From Candidatus Woesearchaeota archaeon (GTDB lineage: Archaea > Nanobdellota > Nanobdellia > Woesearchaeales > ARS49): a stretch of DNA of 64,000 nt. Under the pieces are notes generated by a model. The model did not search any database and was not told the origin of the DNA. It was given only the letters and a program-made list of their open reading frames with translations. Position 1 is the first letter of the stretch. Each line of letters opens with the position of its first letter. Position numbers and translations under genes: made by a program. The stretch covers positions 2,109 to 66,108 of the forward strand of contig JAWCRZ010000003.1 of assembly GCA_038868995.1 (NCBI GenBank), read 5' to 3'. Below, one piece after another: positions 1 to 9,067 of the stretch.

Positions 1-207
1 TGGAATTGTTAGTTTTAGTTTCAGTTGTTCAAGCAACTTTCCGCAAATCTGTTGAATTGTCTTAAGTGGCAGTATGCTTGCTCCGATTGCCTGTGTGATG
101 CCTCCTGCTTCGCGTGCGGCAATTCCTGTGCCTCGTATCTTGTCCAGAAGCGATGTTTTTCCGTGGTCCACGTGGCCCATGATGGCCACTATTGGCTGCC
201 GTATCAT
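1..207 (-). CDS. infB: translation initiation factor aIF5B (IF-2 family GTPase), N-terminal part; continues beyond left edge
   Basis: Reverse translation from ATG at 207 gives [43 protein letters not shown]. It has the G1 P-loop GHVDHGKT and the GGITQxIGA motif. The frame is open to position 1. Confidence 0.8.
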   Translation of the reverse strand, partial: MIRQPIVAIMGHVDHGKTSLLDKIRGTGIAAREAGGITQAIGASILPLKTIQQICGKLLEQLKLKLTIP

Positions 208-386
208 GCTTTTGTTTTTTTTATGTTTCATTAAAAATCTTTTGAGGGGAAAGAGCCACTCATGAAACGTAACTATAAGTTGTTACTATGCAATACTAAA
301 AAGACAGAAACCTTTATATATGGGTTATACTTTGTGAGTGGTAACAACTCTAAAACTTACGAAAATATCGTCGGGGGGAATTACAA

Positions 387-1349
387 ATGAAAGCATTAAC
401 GACACTGTTGTTTTGCGTGATGTTTGTGTTGTCATCCGTCATGGTTTCAGCACAGAGTCACGTGACTCCGGTTGCCATTGAGCAGGCGGAAATTGACGGC
501 ACAGAAATCGAGCCATTTGGTGTTAACCAGCTGGACCTCGAGCGCGACCAGGAATTCGAGCTGCGCCTTGAATTGATGGCCTGGGAAGAGGCAAAAGATG
601 TCGAAATCCGTGCATTCATTTCTGGCTACGAATATAATGATGTGAAATCAATTGCAGACCAGATTGGTCCATTTGACTTCAGGGAAAACGTAACGTATGT
701 CAAGAAACTCCACATTTCCCTCCCTGATGATGTTGATGTTGATGACTACCAGTTGCGCGTTATCATTTCTGACAGAAATGGCTGGGAATTGGTTTACAAT
801 TACCAGTTGCAGGTGAACACCAAGCGGCACCTCCTGAAGATTGATGATGTCTATCTCAGTGCGCACTCAGTGCAGGCAGGTCAGGCAGTTACTGCAGTTG
901 TCCGCCTTGAAAATCAAGGCCAGAAGGACGAAAAAGACGTCAAAGTCGCAGTCAGCATTCCTGGCTTGGGCGTGTCAGGTGTTGATTATATTGATGAAAT
1001 CGAGAATGATGAGGAGGAGGAAACAGAGGAAATATTCCTCCGCACTCCTCGATGTGCAGAGCCGGGCGTGTATGACGTAAAGATTGATGCCTGGTACAAT
1101 AAGGGCCACAGCAAGGTGTCTGGAGAGAGCAAGCTGACTGTTCTTGAGAACCCGGCCTGTGCGCCTGAGCCGGCACCAGTGGTTGTTGTTCAGCCGGCAC
1201 AGAATGCAACGTCAGCCGAAGCTCCGGCTTCTTCTGCATCTGCAGGCAAGTTGCGCAGCGCATTGGAAATTATCCTGTTGGTGCTTGTTGCGCTCTTGGT
1301 GATTGTCGGCCTGATAATCGGCTTCTCCCGCATGCGCGGAGAGGAGTGA
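387..1349 (+). CDS. secreted surface protein with N-terminal signal peptide and C-terminal TM anchor, function unknown
   Basis: 320-aa ORF. It has a hydrophobic N-terminus ending VSAQS, an acidic stretch, a Pro/Ala-rich linker and a C-terminal hydrophobic helix followed by RMRGEE. A TATA-like box lies upstream. Confidence 0.6.
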   Translation: MKALTTLLFCVMFVLSSVMVSAQSHVTPVAIEQAEIDGTEIEPFGVNQLDLERDQEFELRLELMAWEEAKDVEIRAFISGYEYNDVKSIADQIGPFDFRENVTYVKKLHISLPDDVDVDDYQLRVIISDRNGWELVYNYQLQVNTKRHLLKIDDVYLSAHSVQAGQAVTAVVRLENQGQKDEKDVKVAVSIPGLGVSGVDYIDEIENDEEEETEEIFLRTPRCAEPGVYDVKIDAWYNKGHSKVSGESKLTVLENPACAPEPAPVVVVQPAQNATSAEAPASSASAGKLRSALEIILLVLVALLVIVGLIIGFSRMRGEE

Positions 1350-1369
1350 TTTTTTTTTATTCTCTTTTT
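1350..1369 (+). terminator. oligo-T tract directly after stop codon (archaeal-type termination signal)
   Basis: T9 run followed by ATTCTCTTTTT, immediately after the TGA at 1347-1349. Confidence 0.4.
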
Positions 1370-1371
1370 AG

Positions 1372-1405
1372 GGTTAAGTCAAGTTTCTGGTGCTGGCTGT
1401 CCGCC
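1372..1405. mobile_element. internally deleted remnant of the family-1 hairpin MITE (left terminus only)
   Basis: GGTTAAGTCAAGTTTCTGGTGCTGGCTG is identical to the left terminus of the copies at 17091 and 55747. It is flanked by the direct repeat CTTTTTAG (1364-1371 and 1406-1413). Confidence 0.6.
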
Positions 1406-1416
1406 CTTTTTAGTTA

Positions 1417-1427
1417 CTTTTTTAAAC
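1417..1427 (+). promoter_or_regulatory. TATA-like box for alaS
   Basis: CTTTTTTAAAC is centred about 28 nt upstream of the ATG at 1450, the same spacing seen at most genes in this window. Confidence 0.4.
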
Positions 1428-1449
1428 AACTTCACTTCTGTTCTCGTCT

Positions 1450-3963
1450 ATGGACGAGTCAAAAATCAAAGAGGAAGTGCGTTTGAATGCTTCCTTGAAT
1501 CCTGAAAAGTTTTTCCCTGTTGATACGCTGAAGAAGCGAGGTTTTTCCCGTCATCAGTGCTCTAAATGCCTGCGTTTCTTCTGGTCTGTCCACAAGCAGG
1601 ATGTTTGTGGCGACCCTGCCTGTTCCGGCGGCTTTCGCTTTATTGGCCATCCTATGAAGAGGCAGCTTGATTATATTCAGGTCTGGCAGGAATTTGCGCG
1701 TATTCACAGGAAGCTTGGTTATACTCCAATAAAGCGCTATCCTGTTATAGCCCGCTGGAATCCCACAACTGATTTTACAATTGCCTCTATTGCCGCGTTC
1801 CAGCCGTTTGTGGTTTCTGGTGAAATCGCTCCTCCTGCAAATCCTCTTGTTATTCCTCAGATGTGTGTTCGGTTCCCTGATATTGACAATGTTGGCATTA
1901 CAGGTCATTGTGTTGCTTTTGTGATGATGGGCCAGCATGGCTTTTTCCCTCCAAAGCAGTATGATGTTAACAAGTATTGTGATGACCACCTGGTTTGGCT
2001 GCATGAGGGGATGGGCTTGCAGATGCAGGATATCACTGTCCATGAGGATGTCTGGGCTGGCGGAGGCAATCTTGGCCCGTGTATGGAGTTTTTCTCGAGG
2101 GGCCTTGAAATTTCCAATCAAGTGTATATGCAATATGAAATCACTTCTTCAGGATTGAAAGAGCTGAACATCAAGGTGCTTGATATGGGTCAGGGCCAGG
2201 AGCGCGTGGCTTGGTTTACTTCTGGCAAGCCATCTATTTATGAGTGTGTCTTTCCTCCGGTCATAAGGAAGATGCGTGAGGTGACTGGCGTAGAATATGA
2301 TGAAGAGTTCATGAAGAAATTCACTCCTCTTGCTCCTTATCTCAACATTGGGGAAGCGAAGGATATCAATGCTGCGTGGAAGTTTGTCGCAGACAAGCTT
2401 AAGATGGATGTTAAATCCTTGAGAGACAAAATTCTGCCGCTTGCTGCCTTGTATGCTGTTGCCGAGCACAGTCGTGCGCTTCTTTTCGCGATTAATGACG
2501 GTGGCCTTCCTTCAAATGTTGGCGGCATGTATAATTTGCGCGTCATTCTGCGCAGAGCGCTCGGATTCATTGAAAAGTACGGCTGGAAGCTTGGTTTGCC
2601 GGAGATTTGCAGGTGGCATGCTGATTATCTTGAGCCACTGTATCCTGAATTGCAGGAAAATATTGATGAAGTGTGTGAGATTCTGGATGTTGAGCGCAGG
2701 AAGTACGAGGCGACTCGTGAAAAGACAAAGTCCTTGCTGCCTCGTCTGCTTGAAAGGAAGCTTTCAACTGAAGACCTTATTACTATTTATGACAGTCAGG
2801 GAATTGCTCCTGAGCTGATACGCGATGAGGCGGCGAAAATTGGAAAGGATGTTGTAATTCCTGAGAATTTTTATGCATTGGTTGCTGCCAGGCATGAAGC
2901 AAAGGAGCAGGAGCATGCTACTGTGCGTGCTGAGTCCCTGCCTATTCCTCCAACTGTTCCGCACACCAAAGCATTGTACTTTGACGATTATGCCAAATCC
3001 TCTTTTGACGGCAAAGTCGTTGAAATCATTGGTAACAATGTCATCTTGGACCAAACTGCTTTCTATCCCACTTCTGGAGGCCAGTTGTCTGACCGCGGAA
3101 CATTGGAAGGTAGCAAAGTTGTAGATGTCTTCAAACAGGGTCCTTATATCGTTCACGTGCTTGATGGAAAACCCAAGTTTCATGCTGGAGATACAGTGCA
3201 TGGTGATGTTGATTTCGAGCGGAGGGTCCAGCTTGCCCAGCACCATACTGCTGCGCATATTATCAATGCTGCTGCCCGTGCTGTCCTTGGCCCACATGTT
3301 AATCAGGCCTCTGCGAAGAAGGATGTTGACAAGGCACATATTGACATTACTCATTATGAAAGTTTGACTGACGAGCAGCTTGAACGTATTGAAGAGGAAG
3401 CCAACAGGATTGTTCGGCAGGGCATTAAGACGAGATTGCATTTTATGCCGCGTGAAGAAGCTGAAAAGATTTATGGAATGGCTATTTATCAGGGTGGAGT
3501 TGCTCCAGGCAAGCAATTGCGTATTGTCGAGATTCCAGGCATTGATGTTGAGGCGTGCGGTGGCACTCATCTCAAGAGTACTTTGGAAGCTGGCAGAATC
3601 AAGTTGTTGAAATCATCAAAAGTAAAGGATGGCATAGTGCGTATTGTATTTGCTGCCGGTCGTGCAGCTGAGAATGTTGCCAATGCTGAGAAGCAGGTGC
3701 TTGACAAAGCTGCTGCCCTTCTTAAATGTGATGTGCATCAAGTTCCAGGCCGTGCTGCTGAGCTTTTTGAAATTTGGAAGAAGGCAAGGAAAGCATTTCA
3801 GAAAAAGCAGCCATTGCCTGACTTGACCCTTAAATCAACTGTTGCAACCGCGACTGATATCATTCAGAAGACAGCTGAAGCCCTTCAAACCCAGCCGGAA
3901 GTTGTTGTCAAGACAATTGAGAGATTCTTGGCTGACTTGGAGAAGTTCAAACTTCAACGCTGA
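1450..3963 (+). CDS. alaS: alanyl-tRNA synthetase, archaeal type
   Basis: 837 aa. The editing-domain motifs HHTAAHIINAA and CGGTHL are present, with archaeal AlaRS N-terminal architecture. Confidence 0.95.
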   Translation: MDESKIKEEVRLNASLNPEKFFPVDTLKKRGFSRHQCSKCLRFFWSVHKQDVCGDPACSGGFRFIGHPMKRQLDYIQVWQEFARIHRKLGYTPIKRYPVIARWNPTTDFTIASIAAFQPFVVSGEIAPPANPLVIPQMCVRFPDIDNVGITGHCVAFVMMGQHGFFPPKQYDVNKYCDDHLVWLHEGMGLQMQDITVHEDVWAGGGNLGPCMEFFSRGLEISNQVYMQYEITSSGLKELNIKVLDMGQGQERVAWFTSGKPSIYECVFPPVIRKMREVTGVEYDEEFMKKFTPLAPYLNIGEAKDINAAWKFVADKLKMDVKSLRDKILPLAALYAVAEHSRALLFAINDGGLPSNVGGMYNLRVILRRALGFIEKYGWKLGLPEICRWHADYLEPLYPELQENIDEVCEILDVERRKYEATREKTKSLLPRLLERKLSTEDLITIYDSQGIAPELIRDEAAKIGKDVVIPENFYALVAARHEAKEQEHATVRAESLPIPPTVPHTKALYFDDYAKSSFDGKVVEIIGNNVILDQTAFYPTSGGQLSDRGTLEGSKVVDVFKQGPYIVHVLDGKPKFHAGDTVHGDVDFERRVQLAQHHTAAHIINAAARAVLGPHVNQASAKKDVDKAHIDITHYESLTDEQLERIEEEANRIVRQGIKTRLHFMPREEAEKIYGMAIYQGGVAPGKQLRIVEIPGIDVEACGGTHLKSTLEAGRIKLLKSSKVKDGIVRIVFAAGRAAENVANAEKQVLDKAAALLKCDVHQVPGRAAELFEIWKKARKAFQKKQPLPDLTLKSTVATATDIIQKTAEALQTQPEVVVKTIERFLADLEKFKLQR

Positions 3964-4222
3964 ACACAGGTTCAGTAATCTTCTCTGATTTGCATTCCGG
4001 ACATTTGCTTGGTCTTTTATGGCGTTCTCTTTTCTTGAAAACAAATCCGCACCCTCTGCACGTGCTGGGCTCCATTACCAGGCGTGCAGGTCTTACAGAT
4101 TGAGCTATGTGTTCCAAATCAATAAGAATGTCCCTTGCATCTGTGTGGAACCATTCTGCAAGTTCTCTGACAGTCATTGATTGTTGTGAGAGTAGTTTGA
4201 TGATGTCCTGCCTTCTGGTCAT
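3947..4222 (-). CDS. small transcriptional regulator, winged-HTH fused to a C-terminal Zn-ribbon
   Basis: 91 aa. The N-terminal RRQDIIKLLSQQSMTVRELAEWF is HTH-like. The C-terminus carries CRGC...CPEC (four Cys). It overlaps the upstream gene by 4 nt (ATGA). Confidence 0.6.
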   Translation of the reverse strand: MTRRQDIIKLLSQQSMTVRELAEWFHTDARDILIDLEHIAQSVRPARLVMEPSTCRGCGFVFKKRERHKRPSKCPECKSEKITEPVFSVEV

Positions 4223-4890
4223 CTGAACAGTTTGTCTAAAATATCAAGCGTGTAGAGCACGATTGCTTCTGCCTGTGTCTTGCTGGGGCTGAAACTGTCT
4301 TTTTTCGTGTGCACGCTGAACACTCTTACCTGATTTATCAAATGAATCTGATTTGGCAGTCCGGGGTCTAACCTGACTCCATGTTCTGACAATTTTGCTA
4401 TCAGCGTGCCCAGTCCGGTTCCCGGAGCTTTTTCCAGCAAATCATTTCCGGTCGCCTCAAAGTATTTTCTGTGTAGTGCTGTCTCCATCACTCTGCCGCA
4501 CAGCACAACAGCACTTCTGTAGCATCCCGCATTGATGCACTTTTGTATTTCCAGCAAATCTGCAGTAACGTCTTCCTTTATTTCTGCTGGCAGTTTTGGC
4601 ATTTTGAAGCTCTTTTTCTGTTCATTTGTCTCACCTGCTATCATATCTGCCAGTTTTTCCACATACCCGATAATTTCCTCTGTTTTTGCAACAGCAAGTT
4701 TCTGCGCAATAGAGTGGGCTTCAGGATTATTCTTTGTTTCCTGCAACAGCCGCTGTATTGCTCCTTTGAGCATCAGCCGTGCTCCTTCCTTTTTTTGTTT
4801 CTTGAAATTGGTAATCAGGCCTTTGCCGTAATCTTCTTGCGCTTGCTTGGCTGCCTGTTGTATATCGACGAGAATGTGGTGGATGTCCAT
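4219..4890 (-). CDS. helical protein with DUF4145/HEPN-like C-terminal domain
   Basis: 223 aa. The N-terminal half is coiled-coil-like. The C-terminal half has an R-x4-H motif (RVFSVH) in a helical context resembling DUF4145. The family assignment is from memory only. Confidence 0.4.
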   Translation of the reverse strand: MDIHHILVDIQQAAKQAQEDYGKGLITNFKKQKKEGARLMLKGAIQRLLQETKNNPEAHSIAQKLAVAKTEEIIGYVEKLADMIAGETNEQKKSFKMPKLPAEIKEDVTADLLEIQKCINAGCYRSAVVLCGRVMETALHRKYFEATGNDLLEKAPGTGLGTLIAKLSEHGVRLDPGLPNQIHLINQVRVFSVHTKKDSFSPSKTQAEAIVLYTLDILDKLFR

Positions 4891-4942
4891 GTTATTAACG
4901 ACACCATAAACATTTATATAGTTATTGATTCTCGACTATATT

Positions 4943-5557
4943 ATGAAGCAAGTGTTATTTTTCGTGTTATTATTGCTCGTTGCATGCGCTCCTGCAGCGC
5001 CGCTGCCGCCAAAGACGACCGCTCCTCCTTCAGGCGAGCCTGCAGTTACTGCTCAGGAAGAGGTTGTTTCTCCGCCGCAGGAATTGCCTCCTGCAGTAAT
5101 CACTACTGGTGATGATGAAACTCCTTTGGTGTCTGCTGGCAGGAAGATTGACCCGTACAGCGAGCTTGGCTGCGGTCAGTTGCTTACTGCGCAGGAGTTT
5201 GCAGACGCCTGTGGAAAAGACCCTGCATCATTCCTGGTGACGCATAAGACCGGCACGCGCAATTGTTACGTTAATGCTAAGGATTATCAGGATAACCGTC
5301 TGACTGCGGGCGTTTCATTGACCGGCTTTAAGGACGCTTTTGAGGCGAGGGAGGAGTTTGACCGCCGCCTTGTTGTCCTGAAGGTTGGTGCTGACAAGAG
5401 TGTCGGAGAGCGCGCTTATACTTTCCCAAAAGCTGACCGTCATATTATTTACTTTGTCCGCAACCACTTTATCGTTGAGGTTGGTGCTGATACTCGCTTG
5501 TGCTCAAAAGATGACCTGTTGAATGTCGCACGCATTGTTGACAGTCATCTCAATTAA
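4943..5557 (+). CDS. secreted lipoprotein-like protein, unknown function
   Basis: The ATG at 4943 gives MKQVLFFVLLLLVACAP, a signal peptide with a lipobox-like Cys, followed by a Pro-rich linker. The track ORF starts at an upstream TTG (4925). Confidence 0.55.
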   Translation: MKQVLFFVLLLLVACAPAAPLPPKTTAPPSGEPAVTAQEEVVSPPQELPPAVITTGDDETPLVSAGRKIDPYSELGCGQLLTAQEFADACGKDPASFLVTHKTGTRNCYVNAKDYQDNRLTAGVSLTGFKDAFEAREEFDRRLVVLKVGADKSVGERAYTFPKADRHIIYFVRNHFIVEVGADTRLCSKDDLLNVARIVDSHLN

Positions 5558-6719
5558 AACCGCTTAGAACTTTTTGTTTTTCTCTCAATAATTTGCTTTT
5601 TTGTAAAATTGGTATAATATCAATGCCAAATTTCTTTTTTGCAAGCAGTTTTGCGTAATTGAGCATTAATTCTTTGCTTGCAAATTTTATCGGCTTGGCC
5701 GTTAGCGCTTTTCTTGTCGCTTCTCTCGTCACCCAGACACCCAATGGTAGAACATATTCATCTGTGATGAAGCGCAATGCCAGTACTGTATTCTGTTTTT
5801 TCTGTTGCAGCAAATGTTCAGCTATTGCCATTCTTACAGTATAATATCCGCCTGCGCAGTTTTCTGCATAATCCTTCCTCCCATTAAACCCTTCATAATC
5901 CGTGCTGTATTCCAATACGCCTGGTTTTACGTACATCTCAAATAATTCGTAGCTCCATTGCTCTGGGAAAAAGAGCAGAAGATAATAGTTTCCCAAATAA
6001 TTTCCAAAGTATGCGGCATATTCTCCAATCTTCTGTTCTCTGACTTTTTCAAGGAAATTTTTCGCCAGAATGTCATCTGTCGCTGTTATGCTCCATCTGG
6101 TTGGCACTAATTTGCGTTGTTTTCCAAACACTCCTACTGAAAGCATTCTGCTTAATGCATTCTCATCAAATGAGTGCTCATAAAGCGTTGTGACTGCTTC
6201 TGCTGCCCGCACATCAGTATCGTCAAAGAATTTCTGCACTTTCGTCGGCACGCGCGGATTGCTTGCCAGCTTCAGCTGCTTCAATTTTGCCTGTGGTCCC
6301 ATTGGTGCAACCCATCTGTCCGTTTGCAAGTTTAAGCTGGGTTTTTTCTCAAGCTCTACTTCAATGTCAACTGGTTTTGCTGCCATTGCAACATCCTGTG
6401 CTATCTCCACCAGTTTGTCTGGCTTTTTGATGTTGCTGGTGAATCTGCTGTTGACCAAGCTTGCCCTGAATGCTGCAACATCTGCAATGCCCATATTCTG
6501 TTGTGCCCAGTGTCGTGGCGCGTCATATTCCCATGCGTTCTCATCATGTTGCTGCGGCGCCAATATTCCTACATTGACATAAGGATATCCAAATCTGCCG
6601 ACAAACGGCGCAGGTGCAGTGCCGGTAAACTCTTGCTGTCCAGTAAGCGGTTTTGCCTTGAAGAGGGCGTGCTGGAGAATTCGTTCTTTTTCCTTGTAGC
6701 TGACCCCCTTTACGTACAT
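5550..6719 (-). CDS. Nre-family (NreA-like, DUF650/DUF651) putative DNA repair protein
   Basis: 389 aa. The N-terminal segment APAPFVGRFGYPYVNVGILAP resembles the conserved Nre motif. The assignment is by recollection of the family signature. Confidence 0.45.
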   Translation of the reverse strand: MYVKGVSYKEKERILQHALFKAKPLTGQQEFTGTAPAPFVGRFGYPYVNVGILAPQQHDENAWEYDAPRHWAQQNMGIADVAAFRASLVNSRFTSNIKKPDKLVEIAQDVAMAAKPVDIEVELEKKPSLNLQTDRWVAPMGPQAKLKQLKLASNPRVPTKVQKFFDDTDVRAAEAVTTLYEHSFDENALSRMLSVGVFGKQRKLVPTRWSITATDDILAKNFLEKVREQKIGEYAAYFGNYLGNYYLLLFFPEQWSYELFEMYVKPGVLEYSTDYEGFNGRKDYAENCAGGYYTVRMAIAEHLLQQKKQNTVLALRFITDEYVLPLGVWVTREATRKALTAKPIKFASKELMLNYAKLLAKKKFGIDIIPILQKSKLLREKQKVLSGFN

Positions 6720-6750
6720 GACATTAACGAATTGAAAGAACTATAAAATC

Positions 6751-6903
6751 TTAATGCTGTATGTGTATCAATTGCTCTCCATGGAAGTGCGGCTCATCTT
6801 CTGCTGTTCTTTTGAACTGTGAGCATCGTTTTTTGTTCTCCCAGTAAAACCAGCATTTGTTGCCGAAGACCTTGTAGGTGTGGCAGTTTTCGCAGACGCT
6901 CAT
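6751..6903 (-). CDS. small Cys-rich protein (50 aa), not in ORF track
   Basis: Reverse frame gives MSVCENCHTYKVFGNKCWFYWENKKRCSQFKRTAEDEPHFHGEQLIHIQH. A TATA-like GCTATATAAACC lies about 30 nt upstream, back-to-back with the promoter of the protease gene. Confidence 0.3.
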   Translation of the reverse strand: MSVCENCHTYKVFGNKCWFYWENKKRCSQFKRTAEDEPHFHGEQLIHIQH

Positions 6904-6978
6904 AATCTTTTTCTTGGGCAATGTGGTTTATATAGCTTTTGCAATATATTTTTAAATTACTGCGCTGAACAAACAGGC

Positions 6979-7914
6979 ATGAAACCGGTTCATGCAGTGT
7001 TGTGGGGAGCGCTGATTTCGATTGTGTTGGTTGGAGCGCTTGGTTTTTGGCAGTCTTATGAACTGCGCGAGGCGCGTACCGAGATTGCTGAAGCGTTGCA
7101 GGCTTTGCGCACAGTTGATGCAGAACTAAGTGCTGGTTTGAAAGAAGTAAGCGAAGCATTCCGGACAAGCGAGCAGCAAACCGCCGATGCGTTTGGCAAG
7201 ATTAATGCTTCCTTGTCAAAGCTGGGGCAAAATATTAACTTGGTGTATGAGGAGAGCCAGCGCAAGACGCAGGAGCTTGCAGGCCGGCTGCAATTGGTTC
7301 AGCAGGAGAGTGCTGAGAAGATTTCTGAGCTTGAGAGCCGGCTGAAGTTGAATTTGAAGTCAGGTGATTTTTCAGGGATTGTTGATGATGTTATCAATGG
7401 TGTGGTGAGCATCAGGACAAACAAGGGGATTGGCTCTGGGGCGATTGTCACGTCTGACGGTTATATTGTGACGAATTACCATGTTATTGATGGGGCATCT
7501 TCAGGGGCAGTGAGGACATATGATGGCAAAGTGCACGACGTGTCGGTTATTGGTTACGATGTCAAGAAAGATATTGCTGTGTTGAAGATTGAGGGTTCAT
7601 TTAATCGTTTGCGGTTTTCAAATAGCGATGGTGTGACTGCCGGGGAGCGTGTTATTGCCCTTGGAAGTCCTGCTGGCTTGGAATTTAGTGTTAACGAGGG
7701 GATTGTCTCAGCGAGGCGTATTCTGGACAATGTTGAGTATTTACAGATAGATGTTGCTTTAAATCCTGGCAATAGCGGCGGTCCTGTTGTTGATGCTTCT
7801 GGTAAGATTGTTGGCATCAGCAATTGGAAATTGAAAGAGTATGAGGGTTTGAGCTTTGCAATTGCAGGCAATGAGGCAAAGGCAGTTGTTGCCAAGTTTG
7901 TGGAGCAAATCTGA
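6979..7914 (+). CDS. membrane-anchored trypsin-like serine protease (HtrA/DegP S1C family, no PDZ seen)
   Basis: GSGAIVTSDGYIVTNYHVI (His), DIAVLKI (Asp) and GNSGGPVVDASGKIVGI (Ser) are present. The ATG at 6979 gives an N-terminal TM helix followed by a coiled coil. The track ORF begins at an upstream GTG (6880). Confidence 0.8.
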   Translation: MKPVHAVLWGALISIVLVGALGFWQSYELREARTEIAEALQALRTVDAELSAGLKEVSEAFRTSEQQTADAFGKINASLSKLGQNINLVYEESQRKTQELAGRLQLVQQESAEKISELESRLKLNLKSGDFSGIVDDVINGVVSIRTNKGIGSGAIVTSDGYIVTNYHVIDGASSGAVRTYDGKVHDVSVIGYDVKKDIAVLKIEGSFNRLRFSNSDGVTAGERVIALGSPAGLEFSVNEGIVSARRILDNVEYLQIDVALNPGNSGGPVVDASGKIVGISNWKLKEYEGLSFAIAGNEAKAVVAKFVEQI

Positions 7915-8954
7915 TGTTAACGCTCTCAGAGGTTGCAAAAGTTAAGGAAGAACTAACAAATTGCCAGCGCCCGCTGTTCATCTTTCACGATGACCCCGAT
8001 GGTCTTGCAAGCTTTCTGTTGTGCTATCGTTTTGTCAAGGAAGGTCGTGGCATTCCAGTCAAGGCATACCCAAGAGTTACCGTCGAGCCGTATGCGAGGA
8101 AGGTTGAGGAATACGGTGCTGACAAGGTGTTTGTTCTTGATGTAGCAATAGTGGAGCAGGATTTCATCGATGCTGTAAACGTGCCTGTCATTTGGATTGA
8201 CCATCATTCTGTGCTTGAAAGAGACAGAGTTCAGTATTTCAATCCGCAAAAGCGCGGCGTTAATATTCCAACTCCTGTATTAATCTGGCAAATCACAGGT
8301 GAAGAGCGTCCTGAGGACTTGTGGATTGCTGCAACTGGCGCGATTGGTGATTGGTATTTTCCTCCGTTTGCTGCTGCTTTTCAGCAGGCGTACCCAGAGT
8401 TGCTGCCGCCAACATGTGCTGGTGTTGAAGATGCTTTGTTTAACACAAAAATTGGCACTTTGGTCAAGGTTTTCTCCTTTAATTTGAAAGGCGCAATGTC
8501 TGAAGTTACACGGTCAGTAAAAGTTCTCACAAGAATTGATGACCCGTACGAGATTTTGGAACAGCGCACTCCAAAGGGCAGATTGCTCTGGAAGAAATAC
8601 CTGCAGGTCAATAAAGTGTATGAAGATATGCTTGCTAAAGCTCTTAAGCGCGATTCCAAAGATCCGTTGTTTGTTTACACGTATCAGGATGACACTTTGA
8701 GTTTGACAAAGGACTTGGCAAACGAGCTTTTGTACAAGTTGAATAAGGTGATTATTGTTGGCAGGGAAAAGTCAGGCGAAGTGCGTTGTTCTTTGCGCGC
8801 TCCTGGCGGGATTGAGCTTTCAAAAGCCTTAGAACGCGCCCTGGTCGGAATTGATGGCTATGGCGGCGGCCACGCGCAGGCCTGCGGCGCAGGCATCAAG
8901 AAAGATGACTTCAAGCGTTTTCTGGAAAATTTGAGGAAAGAATTGAAGTTGTGA
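7914..8954 (+). CDS. DHH/DHHA1 family phosphoesterase (RecJ-like)
   Basis: The motifs FHDDPDGLAS, WIDHH and GGGHAQACG are present. Its start overlaps the protease stop (TGATG). Confidence 0.65.
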   Translation: MLTLSEVAKVKEELTNCQRPLFIFHDDPDGLASFLLCYRFVKEGRGIPVKAYPRVTVEPYARKVEEYGADKVFVLDVAIVEQDFIDAVNVPVIWIDHHSVLERDRVQYFNPQKRGVNIPTPVLIWQITGEERPEDLWIAATGAIGDWYFPPFAAAFQQAYPELLPPTCAGVEDALFNTKIGTLVKVFSFNLKGAMSEVTRSVKVLTRIDDPYEILEQRTPKGRLLWKKYLQVNKVYEDMLAKALKRDSKDPLFVYTYQDDTLSLTKDLANELLYKLNKVIIVGREKSGEVRCSLRAPGGIELSKALERALVGIDGYGGGHAQACGAGIKKDDFKRFLENLRKELKL

Positions 8955-8993
8955 TAACCTTTTTATACTCTATATAAAGAATTTTTCACATTC

Positions 8994-9064
8994 GCGTCGG
9001 TAGTATAATGGCAGTACATCAGCCTTCCAAGCTGATTGTCCGGGTTCGAATCCCGGCCGACGCA
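8994..9064 (+). tRNA. tRNA-Gly (anticodon UCC)
   Basis: Manual cloverleaf: acceptor GCGTCGG/CCGACGC, anticodon arm TCAGC-CTTCCAA-GCTGA, T arm CCGGG-TTCGAAT-CCCGG, discriminator A. No CCA is encoded. Confidence 0.9.
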
Positions 9065-9067
9065 TAC

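Noticed and set aside
9008-9067. An N-terminal extension of the PIG-L deacetylase ORF.
   Set aside because: It overlaps tRNA-Gly on the same strand. The internal ATG at 9068 immediately precedes the conserved AHxDD motif.
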